From: Plasmodiophora brassicae
Taxonomy: Eukaryota
Assembly (NCBI GenBank): GCA_036867785.1
Contig: CP145422.1
Coordinates: 1,054,001 to 1,118,000 of the forward strand
DNA length: 64,000 bases
Direction: 5' to 3'
Positions within the stretch are counted from its first letter, which is position 1. Each line of letters starts with the position of its first letter. Positions 26,888 to 38,474 of this stretch are shown one piece after another. The position numbers were made by a program, and so were the translations under genes. The notes under the pieces are model-generated. The model made no database searches. It was not told the DNA's origin and saw only the letters and a list, made by a program, of their open reading frames with translations.

Positions 26888-28067
26888 ATGACGACGGACG
26901 AGGGCGTCCAGGTGGGTCCGGGTCCTATAGCGCGTCTCTGCCGTCGCATGCTGGACCTGGACGTACTGGACCGTCGGGTCGCGGATGCCATGCGCGCCTT
27001 CGTCCACGACAATGCCCTGCCGGAATCCAGCCCCTACCTGCTGGCCTCGCTACCTCCAGATGACGTCGACGCTTTCGTAAGCGTCGTCGTCAGGGTCTGG
27101 CGGTGCCCGGACAGCGTCGCCGAGGACCTTCTTCAGTCGTCGCTTAACATCCTGAAGATCCTGTGCCGAAAGGCATGCCGTCCGAGGCAAACGCGCCTGC
27201 ACGACATCCCCCGCTGATCGTTGCCCGCCAGGATTGCAACCGCTTCCAGTTTGGGGTACGAGCGATAGGCGCCGTTGTCGCCGCCATGTCGAACAGCACG
27301 TCAATGGAAGTGCTGGCTGCTTGTGCAAACGGTATGTGTTCCTGCCTTGGTCCACGACATGGCAAGTAACCGTCCCCTGTGCAGTCCTGATGAACGCCTG
27401 CCACAACAGGTCCTGCGTCGACCACCTGGTAGCACTTAACGGCGTCCCTGGCATCGTCCAATTGCTAGGTGACGATGATCAGCACCCTGCGCCTGGGGCA
27501 TCGACTCGGATCGCAGACTAACCGGGATCCGCCGATGCAGAATGCATACACGCCGGTGTCGTCTGTGCGGCAGCTGGCGTGCTTCGAAGCGTCGCCTGCG
27601 AGCGAACAGGTCGGCAGGCGATACTGCAGACTCGAGCGATCCCGCTGCTCGTCCCGTTGTTGTCAGCGCCACAGGAAGGGCCGATCCCGCGCGTCTGCGC
27701 TCGTGCCATCGCAACGCTGCACAACCTGACGTGCGACCACCAAGCCATCGGACAGCTTCGGGCATGCAGTGACGCTCTACGCCTGATTGCTGTCCTCCTT
27801 CAGTCGCCACACGACATCCGCCTCCGGGCGTCGGCTGCCGGCGTCGTACAGAACATTGCCCTGGATGAGGAATGCCGGCGGGAGTTACAGGGCCTGGCCG
27901 TCGTCGAGCATCTGAGCGCGCTAGCGCTCGGGACGGATGTGGATGCACAAGCGCATGCGATTGGCGCCCTCTGGAATATGTCCGGCGCGTCAAAGTCGTC
28001 CGACAGGTTCAAATCCATCCTCGCCGATTGCCTGGTCGCAGGCGCGCTCCTCGATGACTCGCAATGA
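26888..28067 (+). CDS. Armadillo-repeat protein (multi-exon)
   Basis: AIPLLVPLL, AIATLHNL, AAGVVQNIA, AIGALWNM ARM consensus helices. Confidence 0.8.
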
Positions 28068-28156
28068 ATGAACCGAGAGCATTGGTTGCCAACGAGAGCG
28101 ATGGGGATTTATTGTACGCGATCGGTAACGCAGCCTGGATCTCGGAGAGCTGACAT

Positions 28157-28446
28157 TTAACGGTACTGCGATGGACGACAGTCAGCATAGCGCGGCCACA
28201 TCAGAGACACTGAAAACGCTACCTTCTGGAAGCCAATGTCCTTGGCGTATTCTCGGAAGCAGCGACGGCAGATGTTGAGGCCGTACTTGCGGATCAGGCC
28301 ATTGTGGTTGGCGCAAACGCGGCTGTGCGACAACGTCCTGTCAAACCGGCGCCCGCACCCATTGACGAAGCGCAAACTAGGTATTACCAGCGTCGCATGC
28401 CTTTACCGGAGTTCTTCGGGTGAGCGTTCCATGTCGCCTGAACCAT
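28157..28446 (-). CDS. RPS29: 40S ribosomal protein S29 (uS14), 2 introns
   Basis: [16 protein letters not shown]...[35 protein letters not shown]. Confidence 0.97.
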
Positions 28447-29132
28447 GGCGGTAAACGCGACGAGCGGATCAGCTACAGACTTTCGTCGTTGCCACCACCG
28501 TCAGTCCGTGGCGGACCGCGTCACGGAGTCCTCTCGCAATATATTAGGGCAACCCGCCATATACCTATGTACGCTCGCGGCCTACCATAGTTGGTCCTTC
28601 TAACACAGCAACGAACGTATCAAATTCGCCCACCAAGGCCGTGATTCACACAGCAGGTTTATCCGCATCGGCGGGACATAATATACGCGATCGTGCTTCT
28701 TTGAACGCAATTTCGGGCCACATCTGCATACATTTTTTCCAAACGTGCCTGGCACTTGACAGGTTGCAACACTGCATCAATCAAGACCTTCCACATGAAT
28801 TGATGTGTCTAACATGCTGGACTCTTCCTCCAATTTGTTCTGGGGGTGGAGGCACCCCATCGTTATCCGTTGTCAACGCGCAGAGATTCGAGACATGGCG
28901 CCCTTTGCACAGCCAACTGTCTGCCCGACCGTGCCGACGTGTCGAGCCGTGGTTACCGATGGCCGATGGCCGATGGCCGACGTCGGGACTCGGGAGTACT
29001 CGGTGCGAAGTATCACCACGTTTGTGCGTTCCTATTTCCAGGCTCTAGGGTGCCGCCGCCATTAATAGACCGTCGGGCGAGTCGCCACTCGCCAGTCGTC
29101 ACTTGATTGCTGCTGTTGTGCGTCGGTCAGCA

Positions 29133-30131
29133 ATGTCGCCATCCGATGGGCGCGCCCTGGCAACCTTGTTCTGGGGCCTGATTCTGTCGTTATGGGTCGT
29201 CTTCACAGTTTGTTTCAGCAAGCCGGCGTTCTATCTGTACCCAATGATACTGTCGCCGACCGCTCTCCTCTTCTTGTGGAACGCGCTCCGGCACCGGCAT
29301 CCCGGCCGTGTCCACCGCATGACAACCGTGCAGCTGACAGGGCTCTACGCGAGCGGGTTCCTCCTTATAATCATCCCATTCTTGCTCAACACGGCGACTC
29401 GTTGGTTCGCCAGCCGCGTGCTCCTCGCCGGCCGCGACGTCGCCAAGGAGCACGAGCAGGGGACCTGGAGAATCTTCGTGTTCTTTATGATAGCGTTGGC
29501 GGTCTCCCCGGGTGTCTGGGAGGAATTGTACAAGTGGTGGATCACATCCCTAGGTGTTAAACGTCTCGATCGGCCGCGCTCTCGGCTCCAGGTCACATTG
29601 TGTGCTGTCACCAGCGGGCTGTCGTTCGCCACAGCAGAGAACCTGCTATACTACTGGAGTGTAATGTCGTCCGAGGGCTTGTCGACCGTCGTCATCGCGT
29701 CCAGGACGCTGCGGTGCATCCCGGGACATGTTGCCTTCGCCGTCATGTCCGGGAAAGCCATGTCTCTCATGATTGACCGCCGACAACGCCGTCTCGTTGT
29801 CACATTGCCAGGTATCTGGAAGCAGATGGTCCTGCATGCGTGCTGCAACTATTTCGCCTTTATTGGGACCATGGAGCACCTCGAGGTCCCGGTTACTCCT
29901 GGCATGCAGCTGGCTTCCCGTTCAATAACGGCCTTCATTGCCATGGTAATGGTCTTCTACGTTGCCTATACGCTGTGGACTGTCGACGACGAACCGTTTG
30001 AAGACGATACGATCGGGCAGGTCTTTCCCAAGCAGGACGTCGTGTTGGAACCGCCTCCCCACTACGAGGCTAGTGATAATGTCATCACAGATGAAACAAC
30101 AATATCGGTCGTGGGCGAATTCGACCGTTGA
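29133..30131 (+). CDS. PrsW-family glutamic-type intramembrane protease, copy A (intact, intronless)
   Basis: Multi-TM protein with motifs EELYK, GLSFATAEN, PGH, LHACCN. Confidence 0.85.
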   Translation: MSPSDGRALATLFWGLILSLWVVFTVCFSKPAFYLYPMILSPTALLFLWNALRHRHPGRVHRMTTVQLTGLYASGFLLIIIPFLLNTATRWFASRVLLAGRDVAKEHEQGTWRIFVFFMIALAVSPGVWEELYKWWITSLGVKRLDRPRSRLQVTLCAVTSGLSFATAENLLYYWSVMSSEGLSTVVIASRTLRCIPGHVAFAVMSGKAMSLMIDRRQRRLVVTLPGIWKQMVLHACCNYFAFIGTMEHLEVPVTPGMQLASRSITAFIAMVMVFYVAYTLWTVDDEPFEDDTIGQVFPKQDVVLEPPPHYEASDNVITDETTISVVGEFDR

Positions 30132-30676
30132 ACCGAACTGGCCACCCTCCCTCCACAATAAACGCTTGTTCCAGCCGACGTGTACCTCGACAGGGCGACA
30201 ACGCCACTGTCATTGCGCATTGAATATCCTCACAATCGCAACGAGGTCACCAGCTGAGTCGTCGATGTAACCGTGTGCCGAACATCGGCCGACTTCGTCT
30301 GTGGCGGCGTCGGCCGTCGTCTAGCATATTCGAGCTGCTGAACGGTGCCCGCTCACGTCTGCCCGAGCTGCTGGATCATGTCGCAGATAATCGTGACACT
30401 TAGAAAGGGGTTGATCGAGGCACGCCGCCTGGCCTTGACCATGCACGTCTGAGCCACCCTGTCATTGGGACCGGTGACTATCTTTCTGTTGAACGCGCGC
30501 TGTCGACACAAATCCGTCCGTGCCCATCCGATAAACTTTGTCACTGGTCCAACGCGCGTTCTCCCTCATCGTACAGGGCTGAAATTCCGTCCACGATACC
30601 CTTGACGATCGAGTCGAGTCCAGCAGACGGCTCTAATTTTGGGTTCTGCCTAGTACGTGTCACGTCCATCACACAC

Positions 30677-31381
30677 ATGGTACCTGCCGATGTATCGTGG
30701 TCGCATGCGACTAACACGCTCTCGGCTCTAGACGGCGCATTGGCGTCTTCCGTGGCCTTCATCGAGGCCGACCTGTCGTTCGACGATGGGCTGGTGTTCA
30801 TGGCACACGATCCGGATGATGTGCCATCACGTGCGGCGCGACAGGACGCGGCGTTCCCGGCATGGATGTCCAGACTATTGACGAATACGTCCACAGCGAC
30901 CTGCCCCGGCGTCAAGCTCGACTTCAAGTCTGCGCAAGCGGTCCATCTTGTCGTGACGCACCTGGAGACGTTGGCGATGAATACGCCGGTCTGGCTGAAT
31001 GCAGACGTGCTGGTCGGGCCACGCGGGCGATCCCCACCTGCTCATGATGCCAGGCAGTTTATCAGGGAGTGCCTTCGTCTGCCGTCTGCAGTGCCAAGCC
31101 TTGGATGGACGACCGGCCCACCGGGGCACCCCCTCGGGTACACGTCGCACATGATCGACGAAATGACCACCTTATGCAAAGCCAGCCAGCTCATGGACGT
31201 CCACGTCACGTTTCCGGTCAGGGCCGTCGATGCCTTGGCGGCTCCGCCCGAAATCCACCGACTCCTCGACACGTCCCCGTTCTGGACCGTCACGGTCTGG
31301 TGCGGGCCCGAAGGTGCCAATCGGGACGACATCCTGAACGCGTTTGATCCAAGGCGCACCTACGTCGATGTCCATCCGTAA
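30677..31381 (+). CDS. FAM151/menorin (DUF2181) domain protein, copy A
   Basis: WSHATN, IEADL, MAHDP, GVKLDFKS, PVWLNADVLVGP, SLGWTT, VTFPVRA. Confidence 0.88.
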   Translation: MVPADVSWSHATNTLSALDGALASSVAFIEADLSFDDGLVFMAHDPDDVPSRAARQDAAFPAWMSRLLTNTSTATCPGVKLDFKSAQAVHLVVTHLETLAMNTPVWLNADVLVGPRGRSPPAHDARQFIRECLRLPSAVPSLGWTTGPPGHPLGYTSHMIDEMTTLCKASQLMDVHVTFPVRAVDALAAPPEIHRLLDTSPFWTVTVWCGPEGANRDDILNAFDPRRTYVDVHP

Positions 31382-31558
31382 ACCTGCCCTCTACTGTATC
31401 GAGTCATTGGTGGCGAGTCTGGTTCAGGAACCAACCAGGAAGGGCGTGCTGTATTGGGTTCCAGACCATGTTGTTGTACCCAGCGAGTCGTACGGTGTGG
31501 TAGTACTCCCGGGGAACCTGGACGCTGTACGAGTCCGCCAAGGTCGCCGTATCGGTTG

Positions 31559-31913
31559 ATGGGCGTGTCATCAGCCAGGTCGCGCCTTGCGATCGTCATC
31601 GGGCTGCTCGCGATTGCAATCCGGTCGACGAATCCCGAATCGGTCTCTGCATACGACGTGTATCAGAACGCGCTGGCTGCGTTCGAGGCAGGCGACTTCC
31701 GTACGATCGAGTACGGATTCATTCGTGGTCTCTCGAACGTCCGCGTGTTGATCGTCGCCGAACAGCCGTTGAATCGTTTTCGTTGCTGAAGGAGATGGTG
31801 CCGAACGTGAAGGAGGTGGTCTACAACCTGGCGATGGCGTACATGCTGCAGGGCGATATGGAGAAGTGCATCGCGACATACAAGGAAGGCATCCAACAGT
31901 TCCCGAACGACGG
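31559..31913 (+). pseudogene. Truncated 5' copy of the TPR-GT61 glycosyltransferase gene
   Basis: Matches 35453-35803 then breaks off; the ~208 bp upstream of the intact copy is absent. Confidence 0.85.
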
Positions 31914-32783
31914 TCCGGTCTACAATGAGTGCGCACATGTCCTGCAGCCAACGTGATGTACTTCCGTGCATCTGGTCCAGGACCGACAAATCCATCGCGA
32001 ACAAGGACATGTTCGTCTGTAACTCCTGAGTACGGGCCTTCTTCGCCATTACCTTCAGGTAGGGAGAGTGAGAAGCTGCTTGCTCTGCGGCTTGCAACTT
32101 CAACGCATTTTCGCCGATGGGACGTCCCTGCGAAGATGACGTAGTCTAGTTGGCTCCGTTTCTTGGATGGCGTATTGTTGGATTCCGGGCGCCTGTGTCG
32201 CAGATCCTGCCACTTTGGAACCGTCCTCAAGACATGCCAGCAGTTCAAATAGGCAAACTGGGCGTTCTTTGGGTGCGTGATCTGCTGGTACAGCCAACGG
32301 CTTTTCGGTATGCTCCTCCTCGTTCGTCCCCGACACGTCGAGCGCCTTGACGGATGCATAGCTGCCAACGAACTTGGAGACGCCACGATGAATGGTCCCC
32401 CATTTCGTCTGCAGCGACCGTGGCGTCCGCGCACCCGACGTCGTGTTCTTGCAGAAGTGGACTTCAACCCTCTCCCCGAACGTCTCTTCCGATTGACCGG
32501 TTCCCGTTGCAGGGGCTTGGGAAACGTTCAACTAAGAACGTACCAGCTGGACGTCTTCAGCATCGGTGAAGTTCGTTCCGCGTGCGCAAGTCCCGCGCGT
32601 ACGCCCTGATTCGCCCTCCAGACGGTTCGCTTCGCCCTGCATGGTTTGTCATGCCGCGCCGGAGGGACAATATGCCGTGGCCGGCAACAGTTTTGCCGCT
32701 TGCCGCTCTGCGGTGGAGAGAGAACACGCCATCCTACACGGCAAAATGGCGTCGCATTTTGCCGAAGATGTCGCCCCCATTAC
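31914..32783 (-). mobile_element. Decayed PIF/Harbinger-type Myb-like/NAM-associated ORF
   Basis: RGTNFTDAEDVQLVRS*LNVSQAPATGTGQ...RSLQTKWGTIHRGVSKFVGSY, with an in-frame stop at the usual Trp and frameshifts; C-terminal MDLSVLDQ. Confidence 0.65.
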
Positions 32784-32827
32784 TTAATAGACCGCTGGGA
32801 AGTCTGTCGGTTGTGCGTCGGTCAGCA

Positions 32828-33836
32828 ATGTCGCCATCCGATGGGCGCGCCCTGGCAACCTTGTTCTGGGGCCTGGTTCTGTTGTTCTGGGCCGTCTTAA
32901 CAGTTCATTATTTTCAGCCAGCCATCGTTCTATCTGTACCCAATGATACTGACCCCGACCGCTCTCCTCTTCCTGTGGAACGCGCTCCGGCACCGGCATC
33001 CCGGCCGTGTCCACCGCATGACAACCGTGCAGCTGACAGGGCTCTACGCGAGCGGGGCCCTCCTTATAATCATCCCCTTCTTGCTCAACACGGTGACTGG
33101 TTGGTTCGCGAGCCGCGTGCTCCTCGCCGGCCACGACGTCGCCAAGGCGCACAAGCAGGCGACCTGGCCGAGAATCTTCGTGTTCACTCTGATAGCGGGG
33201 GCGGTCTCCCCGGGTGTTTGGGAGGAATTGTACAAGTGGTGGATTACATCCCTAGGTGCTAAACGTCTCGATCGGCCGCGCTCTCGGCTCCAGGTCACGT
33301 TGTGTGCTGTCACCAGCGGGCTGTCGTTCGCCACAGCAGAGAACCTGCTATACTACTGGAGCGTAATGTCGTCCGAGGACTTGTCGACCGTCGTCATCGC
33401 GATCAGGACGTTGCGGTGCATCCCGATACATGTTGCCCTCGCTGTCATGTCCGGGAAAGCCATGTCTCTCATGATTGAACGCCAACAATGCCGCCTCGTT
33501 GTCACATTGCCAGGTATCTGGAGACAGATGATCCTGCATGCCTCCTACAACTTTTTCGACTTTCTTGGAAGCATGGAGCACGTCGAGGCCCAGATTACTC
33601 CTGGCATGCAGCTGGCTTTCCGTTCAATAACATCCTTCATCGCCATGGTAATGGTCTTCTACGTTGCCTATACGCTCTGGACTGAAGACGACGAACCGTT
33701 TGAAGACGATACGGTCGGGCAGGTCGTTCCCAAGCAGGACGTCGTGTTGGAACCGCTTCCCCACTACGTGGCCAGCGATAATGTCATCACAGATGAAGTG
33801 ACAGTATCGATCGTGGGCGAAGTCGACGACCAGTGA
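32828..33836 (+). CDS. PrsW-family protease copy B, frameshifted near the 5' end (pseudogene, or N-truncated from ATG 32943)
   Basis: The ATG 32828 frame diverges at ~32905-32930; the 297-aa ORF from 32943 keeps EELYK, FATAEN, PIH and HASYN. Confidence 0.75.
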
Positions 33837-34382
33837 ACCGAACTGGCCACCCTCCCTCCCCAATAAACGCATGTTCCAGCCGGCGTGTACCTCGACAGGG
33901 CGACAACGCCGCTGTCGCTGCGCACTGAATATCCTCACAATCGCAACGAGGTCGCCAGCTGAGTCGTCGATGTAACCGTGTGCCGAACATCGGCCGGCTT
34001 CGTCTGTGGCGGCGTCGGCCGTCGTCTAGCATATTCGAGCTGCTGAACGGTGCCCGCTCACGTCTGCCCGAGCTGCTGGATCATGTCGAAGTTAATCGTG
34101 ACACGCCAACCCGGCCTTGCCCATTCACGTCTGAGCCACCCTGTCATTTGCGACCGGTGGATATCTTTCTCTTGAACGCGCTCTGTCGACACAAATCCGT
34201 CCGTGCCCATCCGATAAACTTTGTCACTGGTCCAACGCGCGTTCTCCCTCATCGTACAGGGCCGAAATACCGTCCACGACAGCCTTGACGATCGAGTCGA
34301 GTCCAGCTGACGGGTCTAATTTTGGGTTCGGCGTAATATACGTGTCACGTCCATTGAATTCAATACACACACACACACACAC

Positions 34383-35087
34383 ATGGTACCTGCCGATGTA
34401 TCGTGGTCGCATGCGACTAACACGCTCTCGGCTCTAGACGGCGCATTGGCGTCTTCCGTGGCCTTCATCGAGGCCGACCTGTCGTTCGACGATGGGCTGG
34501 TGTTCATGGCACACGATCCGGATGATGTGCCATCACGTGCGGCGCGACAGGACGCGGCGTTCCCGGCATGGATGTCCAGACTATTGACGAATACGTCCAC
34601 AGCGACCTGCCCCGGCGTCAAGCTCGACTTCAAGTCTGCGCAAGCGGTCCATCTTGTCGTGACGCACCTGGAGACGTTGGCGATGAATACGCCGGTCTGG
34701 CTGAATGCAGACGTGCTGGTCGGGCCACGCGGGCGATCCCCACCTGCTCATGATGCCAGGCAGTTTATCAGGGAGTGCCTTCGTCTACCGTCTGCAGTGC
34801 CAAGCCTTGGATGGACGACCGGCCCACCGGGGCACCCCCTCGGGTACACGTCGCACATGATCGACGAAATGACCACCTTATGCAAAGCCAGCCAGCTCAT
34901 GGACGTCCACGTCACGTTTCCGGTCAGGGCCGTCGATGCCTTGGCGGCTCCGCCCGAAATCTACCGACTCCTCGACACGTCCCCGTTCTGGACCGTCACG
35001 GTCTGGTGCGGGCCCGAAGGTGCCAATCGGGACGACATCCTGAACGCGTTTGATCCAAGGCGCACCTACGTCGATGTCCATCCGTAA
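34383..35087 (+). CDS. FAM151/menorin domain protein, copy B
   Basis: Protein identical to copy A except one His/Tyr; preceded by an expanded (CA)n. Confidence 0.88.
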   Translation: MVPADVSWSHATNTLSALDGALASSVAFIEADLSFDDGLVFMAHDPDDVPSRAARQDAAFPAWMSRLLTNTSTATCPGVKLDFKSAQAVHLVVTHLETLAMNTPVWLNADVLVGPRGRSPPAHDARQFIRECLRLPSAVPSLGWTTGPPGHPLGYTSHMIDEMTTLCKASQLMDVHVTFPVRAVDALAAPPEIYRLLDTSPFWTVTVWCGPEGANRDDILNAFDPRRTYVDVHP

Positions 35088-35449
35088 ACCTGCCCTCTAC
35101 TGTATCGAGTCATTGGTGGCGAATCTGGTTCAGGAACCAACCAGGTTCCAGACCATGTTGTTGTACCCAGCGAGTCGAACGGTATGGTAGTACTCCCGTG
35201 GAACCTGGACGTTGTACGAGTCCGTCAAGGTCGCCGTATCGGTTGCCGACGTGGATGGCACTCGGCATTCCACTGTCACAGCAACCAGACCGCAGCCAGG
35301 ACCCTACATAAGCCGTTGCTCACCTTGGGCGAACAACACGACAGCCGGGTCCTGGCCGCGGATCTGCGCCGCTTGATCGGCTGGCACTGGGTGCGCTCTG
35401 AGACGGCATGGTCATCTGCCCGAATCGGCATGGCGCTCGTCCGGGCTCG

Positions 35450-37644
35450 ATGATGGGCGTGTCGTCAGCCAGGTCGCGCCTTGCGATCGTCATCGGGCTG
35501 ATCGCGATTGCAATCCGGTCGACGAGTCCCGAACCGGTTTCTGCATACGACCTGTATCAGAAAGCGCTGTCTGCGTTCGAGGCAGGCGACTTCCGTACGA
35601 GTACGGATTCATTCGTGGTCGCTCGAACGTCCGCGTGTTGATCGTCGCCGAACAGCCGTTGAATCGTTCTCGTTGCTGAAGGAGATGGTGCCGAACGTGA
35701 AGGAGGTCGTCTACAACCTGGCGATGGCGTACATGCTGCAGGGCGATATGGAGAAGTGCATCGCGACATACAGGGAAGGCATCCAACGGTTCCCGAACGA
35801 CGGCCAGATGTATGCGCACATGTGCCGCTCCATCGCCCAGCGCCTGAATTCGCGCTCGGGCATGGGCGCCTCGTCGCTGACCAACCTGGACATCATCGAC
35901 GTGTGCCGCCGAGCCGTCGATCTCATGCCACAAGACGACCCGGAACCGCTGGAGCTGCTCGGCTCGACGCTGACCCTTCTGCACATGTTCGACGAAGGCG
36001 TCGCCGTCCTGGAGATGTGGCTGGACCGCTTCCACAGCATCGCTCCAGCGGATCGGGTCGCCGGCGTCCGATCCAACCTGGCGTTATCGCTGCTCAGGAA
36101 CGGGAAGTACGAACGGGCATGGAAGGTCGCCGAGAAGGCCATGCGCACGCATGACGGCACCTCGACGATAGCGGCGGCGGCCAGCGTCCGGTCGATCGGG
36201 TGGCCGGTGGACCCGATCGGATGGGACCTAACCCGTCGCAGCCTCCAGCGCGTCGTTGCCGACCTGTCGATCCGCGACCCGAGGATCTGCCCATCGGGCC
36301 AATGGCGCCTGGCGTTGAACTGGTCGGAAGAGGCGGCCGTCACGCCGTCCTCCCTCACTGTCGATCTGCTGAACCCGGGCACGGCAATGGAGACGTACGG
36401 CGATCCAGACGACCCCGTGTTCGTCGGCGACCCGCTGCCCAAGTACCCGCGGTTCTACCACGAACGATTCATCTATCTCTTGCGTCTAGACGACGCGTTC
36501 ATGGCGGGCCCGGGCGTCATCCATGCGAACTGCGTCCTGTATTCAGGTCAGGGCGATCGCGAGGACGCGCCGCCTCCATAATCGCCTGTCTAACGGTGTG
36601 TGATCATCCCGATCTGTGCGTGCAGGGTGCCACCATGTCAACGTCGACCTGCAGGCGTTCCCCAAGGCCGACCCGAGCGTGCAGATCGTCGACGTCGAGC
36701 ATCCGGTGGCGACGATCATCCAGCACCAGCTGGTGAACTACTACCACTTCGTCATGGAAGCGTTCCCGAAGATGCTGATGCTGGTCGAGCACGTCCTGTC
36801 CCTGCCGGAGCACGCCGACTGCAGGCTGCTGGTCCCGCCGAAAGGCTTCTCGCGCGTAATCGACACCGCGCTGGCGATGTCGGAATTCGATGGCATCCGG
36901 GACCGGCTTCTGAGGTACCCGCTGCCAGCGACCCACGTCCGGTACCATTTCCGGGCAGGGCTGTACGCCGTCGACTGGTTGCACCCGGAAGACGATCAGC
37001 ACGGCAGCCTAGCCCGGAACGTCTGGGGCGTGTTCTCCCCGCCGAGACAGGCCATCCTACGAACGCAATCCTTCTTTCATGAGGCGCTTCGCAAGCGCGG
37101 CAGGTTGGCATTGGGCGTCGCGCGCCACGTGTCCACGAACCAACATGTGCTGTGTGTGTGCAGGCTGCCAGATAGGTCCGGTACCGACGACGAGATCGTG
37201 TACGTGTCGAGACCGTATGGCAAAGGCGTCCGCGCGTTCCCGAATGAGGACCAGTTCGTGTCGTTCCTAAAGCAACGGTTCGGACGTCGCCTGCGGGTGC
37301 ACCTAGGCGACGAGGCGCTCCTGGACCAGGTGGCCATGTTCGCCAACGCCAAGGTTGTCGTCGGCAGCCATGGCGCTGGCCTGGCGAACTTCGTGTTCAC
37401 ACAGCCGGGTGCCGTCATGATCATATTCCCGATGCGCCCGCACGTCGAGTTCTGCTTCGGGCACCTGGCGACGGCGCTCGGCGCCAGGCACTACGTTGTC
37501 AGCGAGATACCGGGCGCGTTCTACTATGGCAACTTCCCGCCCATCACACAGAAGCACATGGAAGTCGTTGCCCGAACCATCGACACCGCGTTCGACACGA
37601 TCAATGGAGCCCAGGGCAATCCTGTCGAACGGGCTGAACTGTGA
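35450..37644 (+). CDS. TPR-containing glycosyltransferase family 61 (DUF563-like) protein, secretory pathway
   Basis: Signal peptide, TPR helices, NYYHFVME, IVYVSR, DQVAMFANAKVVVGSHGAGLANFVF, C-terminal RAEL. Confidence 0.88.
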
Positions 37645-38188
37645 ACATATACAATCACCATGAGGTGCGTTTCGCGGTGACCAATTCCAGGGATGAGGCC
37701 TGCCTGGGCATGAACGGCGTGCCGCGTTTGGAGTGCCAGAATGTCTGGGCGACCGGGCACATTATTGTGTCCCAGACGTTTGAAGCGCGGGACGAACGGC
37801 GTCGTCGAACAGACGTACGTATGTTGAACAATCTGCTGTGTGTCCTGTACGTCCCCACTGAGCAGTGCTGTTCCGAAGGGCACCTGGTGCTACTAGCTAG
37901 CACAATGGCACTGAACGCGCATTCTTCACCAGCGGATGCATTCGAGAAGCGGCATTCGTTTGAGTGTTTCTGACGGCCCCGTTGCAGGAACGTTGCGGGG
38001 CCAGCTCCCGAATACAACGGATGCGACCTGTCGTCGCGTTCTTGATTGCCTCGGCGAATTCATACATGATGAGTACGGTAGTATTGCCAGCAACAGGTGG
38101 GGCGATGACCCATAACGACACTCATCAAATGTTGTGGAATACCGCCCGATGATATTGGGCATGGGTTGATGAACACGATCGGATACGT

Positions 38189-38474
38189 TTACTGAGCGAC
38201 GCCACTCAGTGCACTGTGCGCACGACGGGACGGGTTGTAATGCAGGAGCTTCTGGATCAGGTCGACGTGGGTCAGGAGCATCCGCCGGCAGCAATACCGC
38301 CTGACGCCCAGCGCGTCCAGCGCATCACTGCGAGCATGTCAGCACCGTGCAGACCGATACACATGGCTGGATCACGAACCCGGGAGAGTATTCACCTAGC
38401 TGCAGGTTCAGGTACTTCTCCCATTTGTTGCCGATGACCTTGCCGCAGGTGAAGCAGCGCACCGGGATGATCAT
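38189..38474 (-). CDS. RPB10: RNA polymerases I/II/III subunit RPABC5 (3' end uncertain)
   Basis: [21 protein letters not shown]...[24 protein letters not shown]. Confidence 0.95.

Larger units (their letters stand above)
29062..31913 (+). repeat. Tandem segmental duplication, copy A (PrsW + FAM151 + 5' fragment of GT61)
   Basis: Collinear identity with 32784-35803, from TTAATAGACCG to CCCGAACGACGG. Confidence 0.95.
32784..35803 (+). repeat. Tandem segmental duplication, copy B
   Basis: Collinear identity with 29062-31913. Confidence 0.95.

Noticed and set aside
32530-32540. Trp-to-stop (TGG>TAG) change in the TE remnant as evidence for RIP-like mutation
   Set aside because: A single site; the duplicated genes show no obvious directional C>T excess by eye.
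37655-38180. Short ORFs between GT61 and RPB10
   Set aside because: No recognisable domain or consistent splice model.
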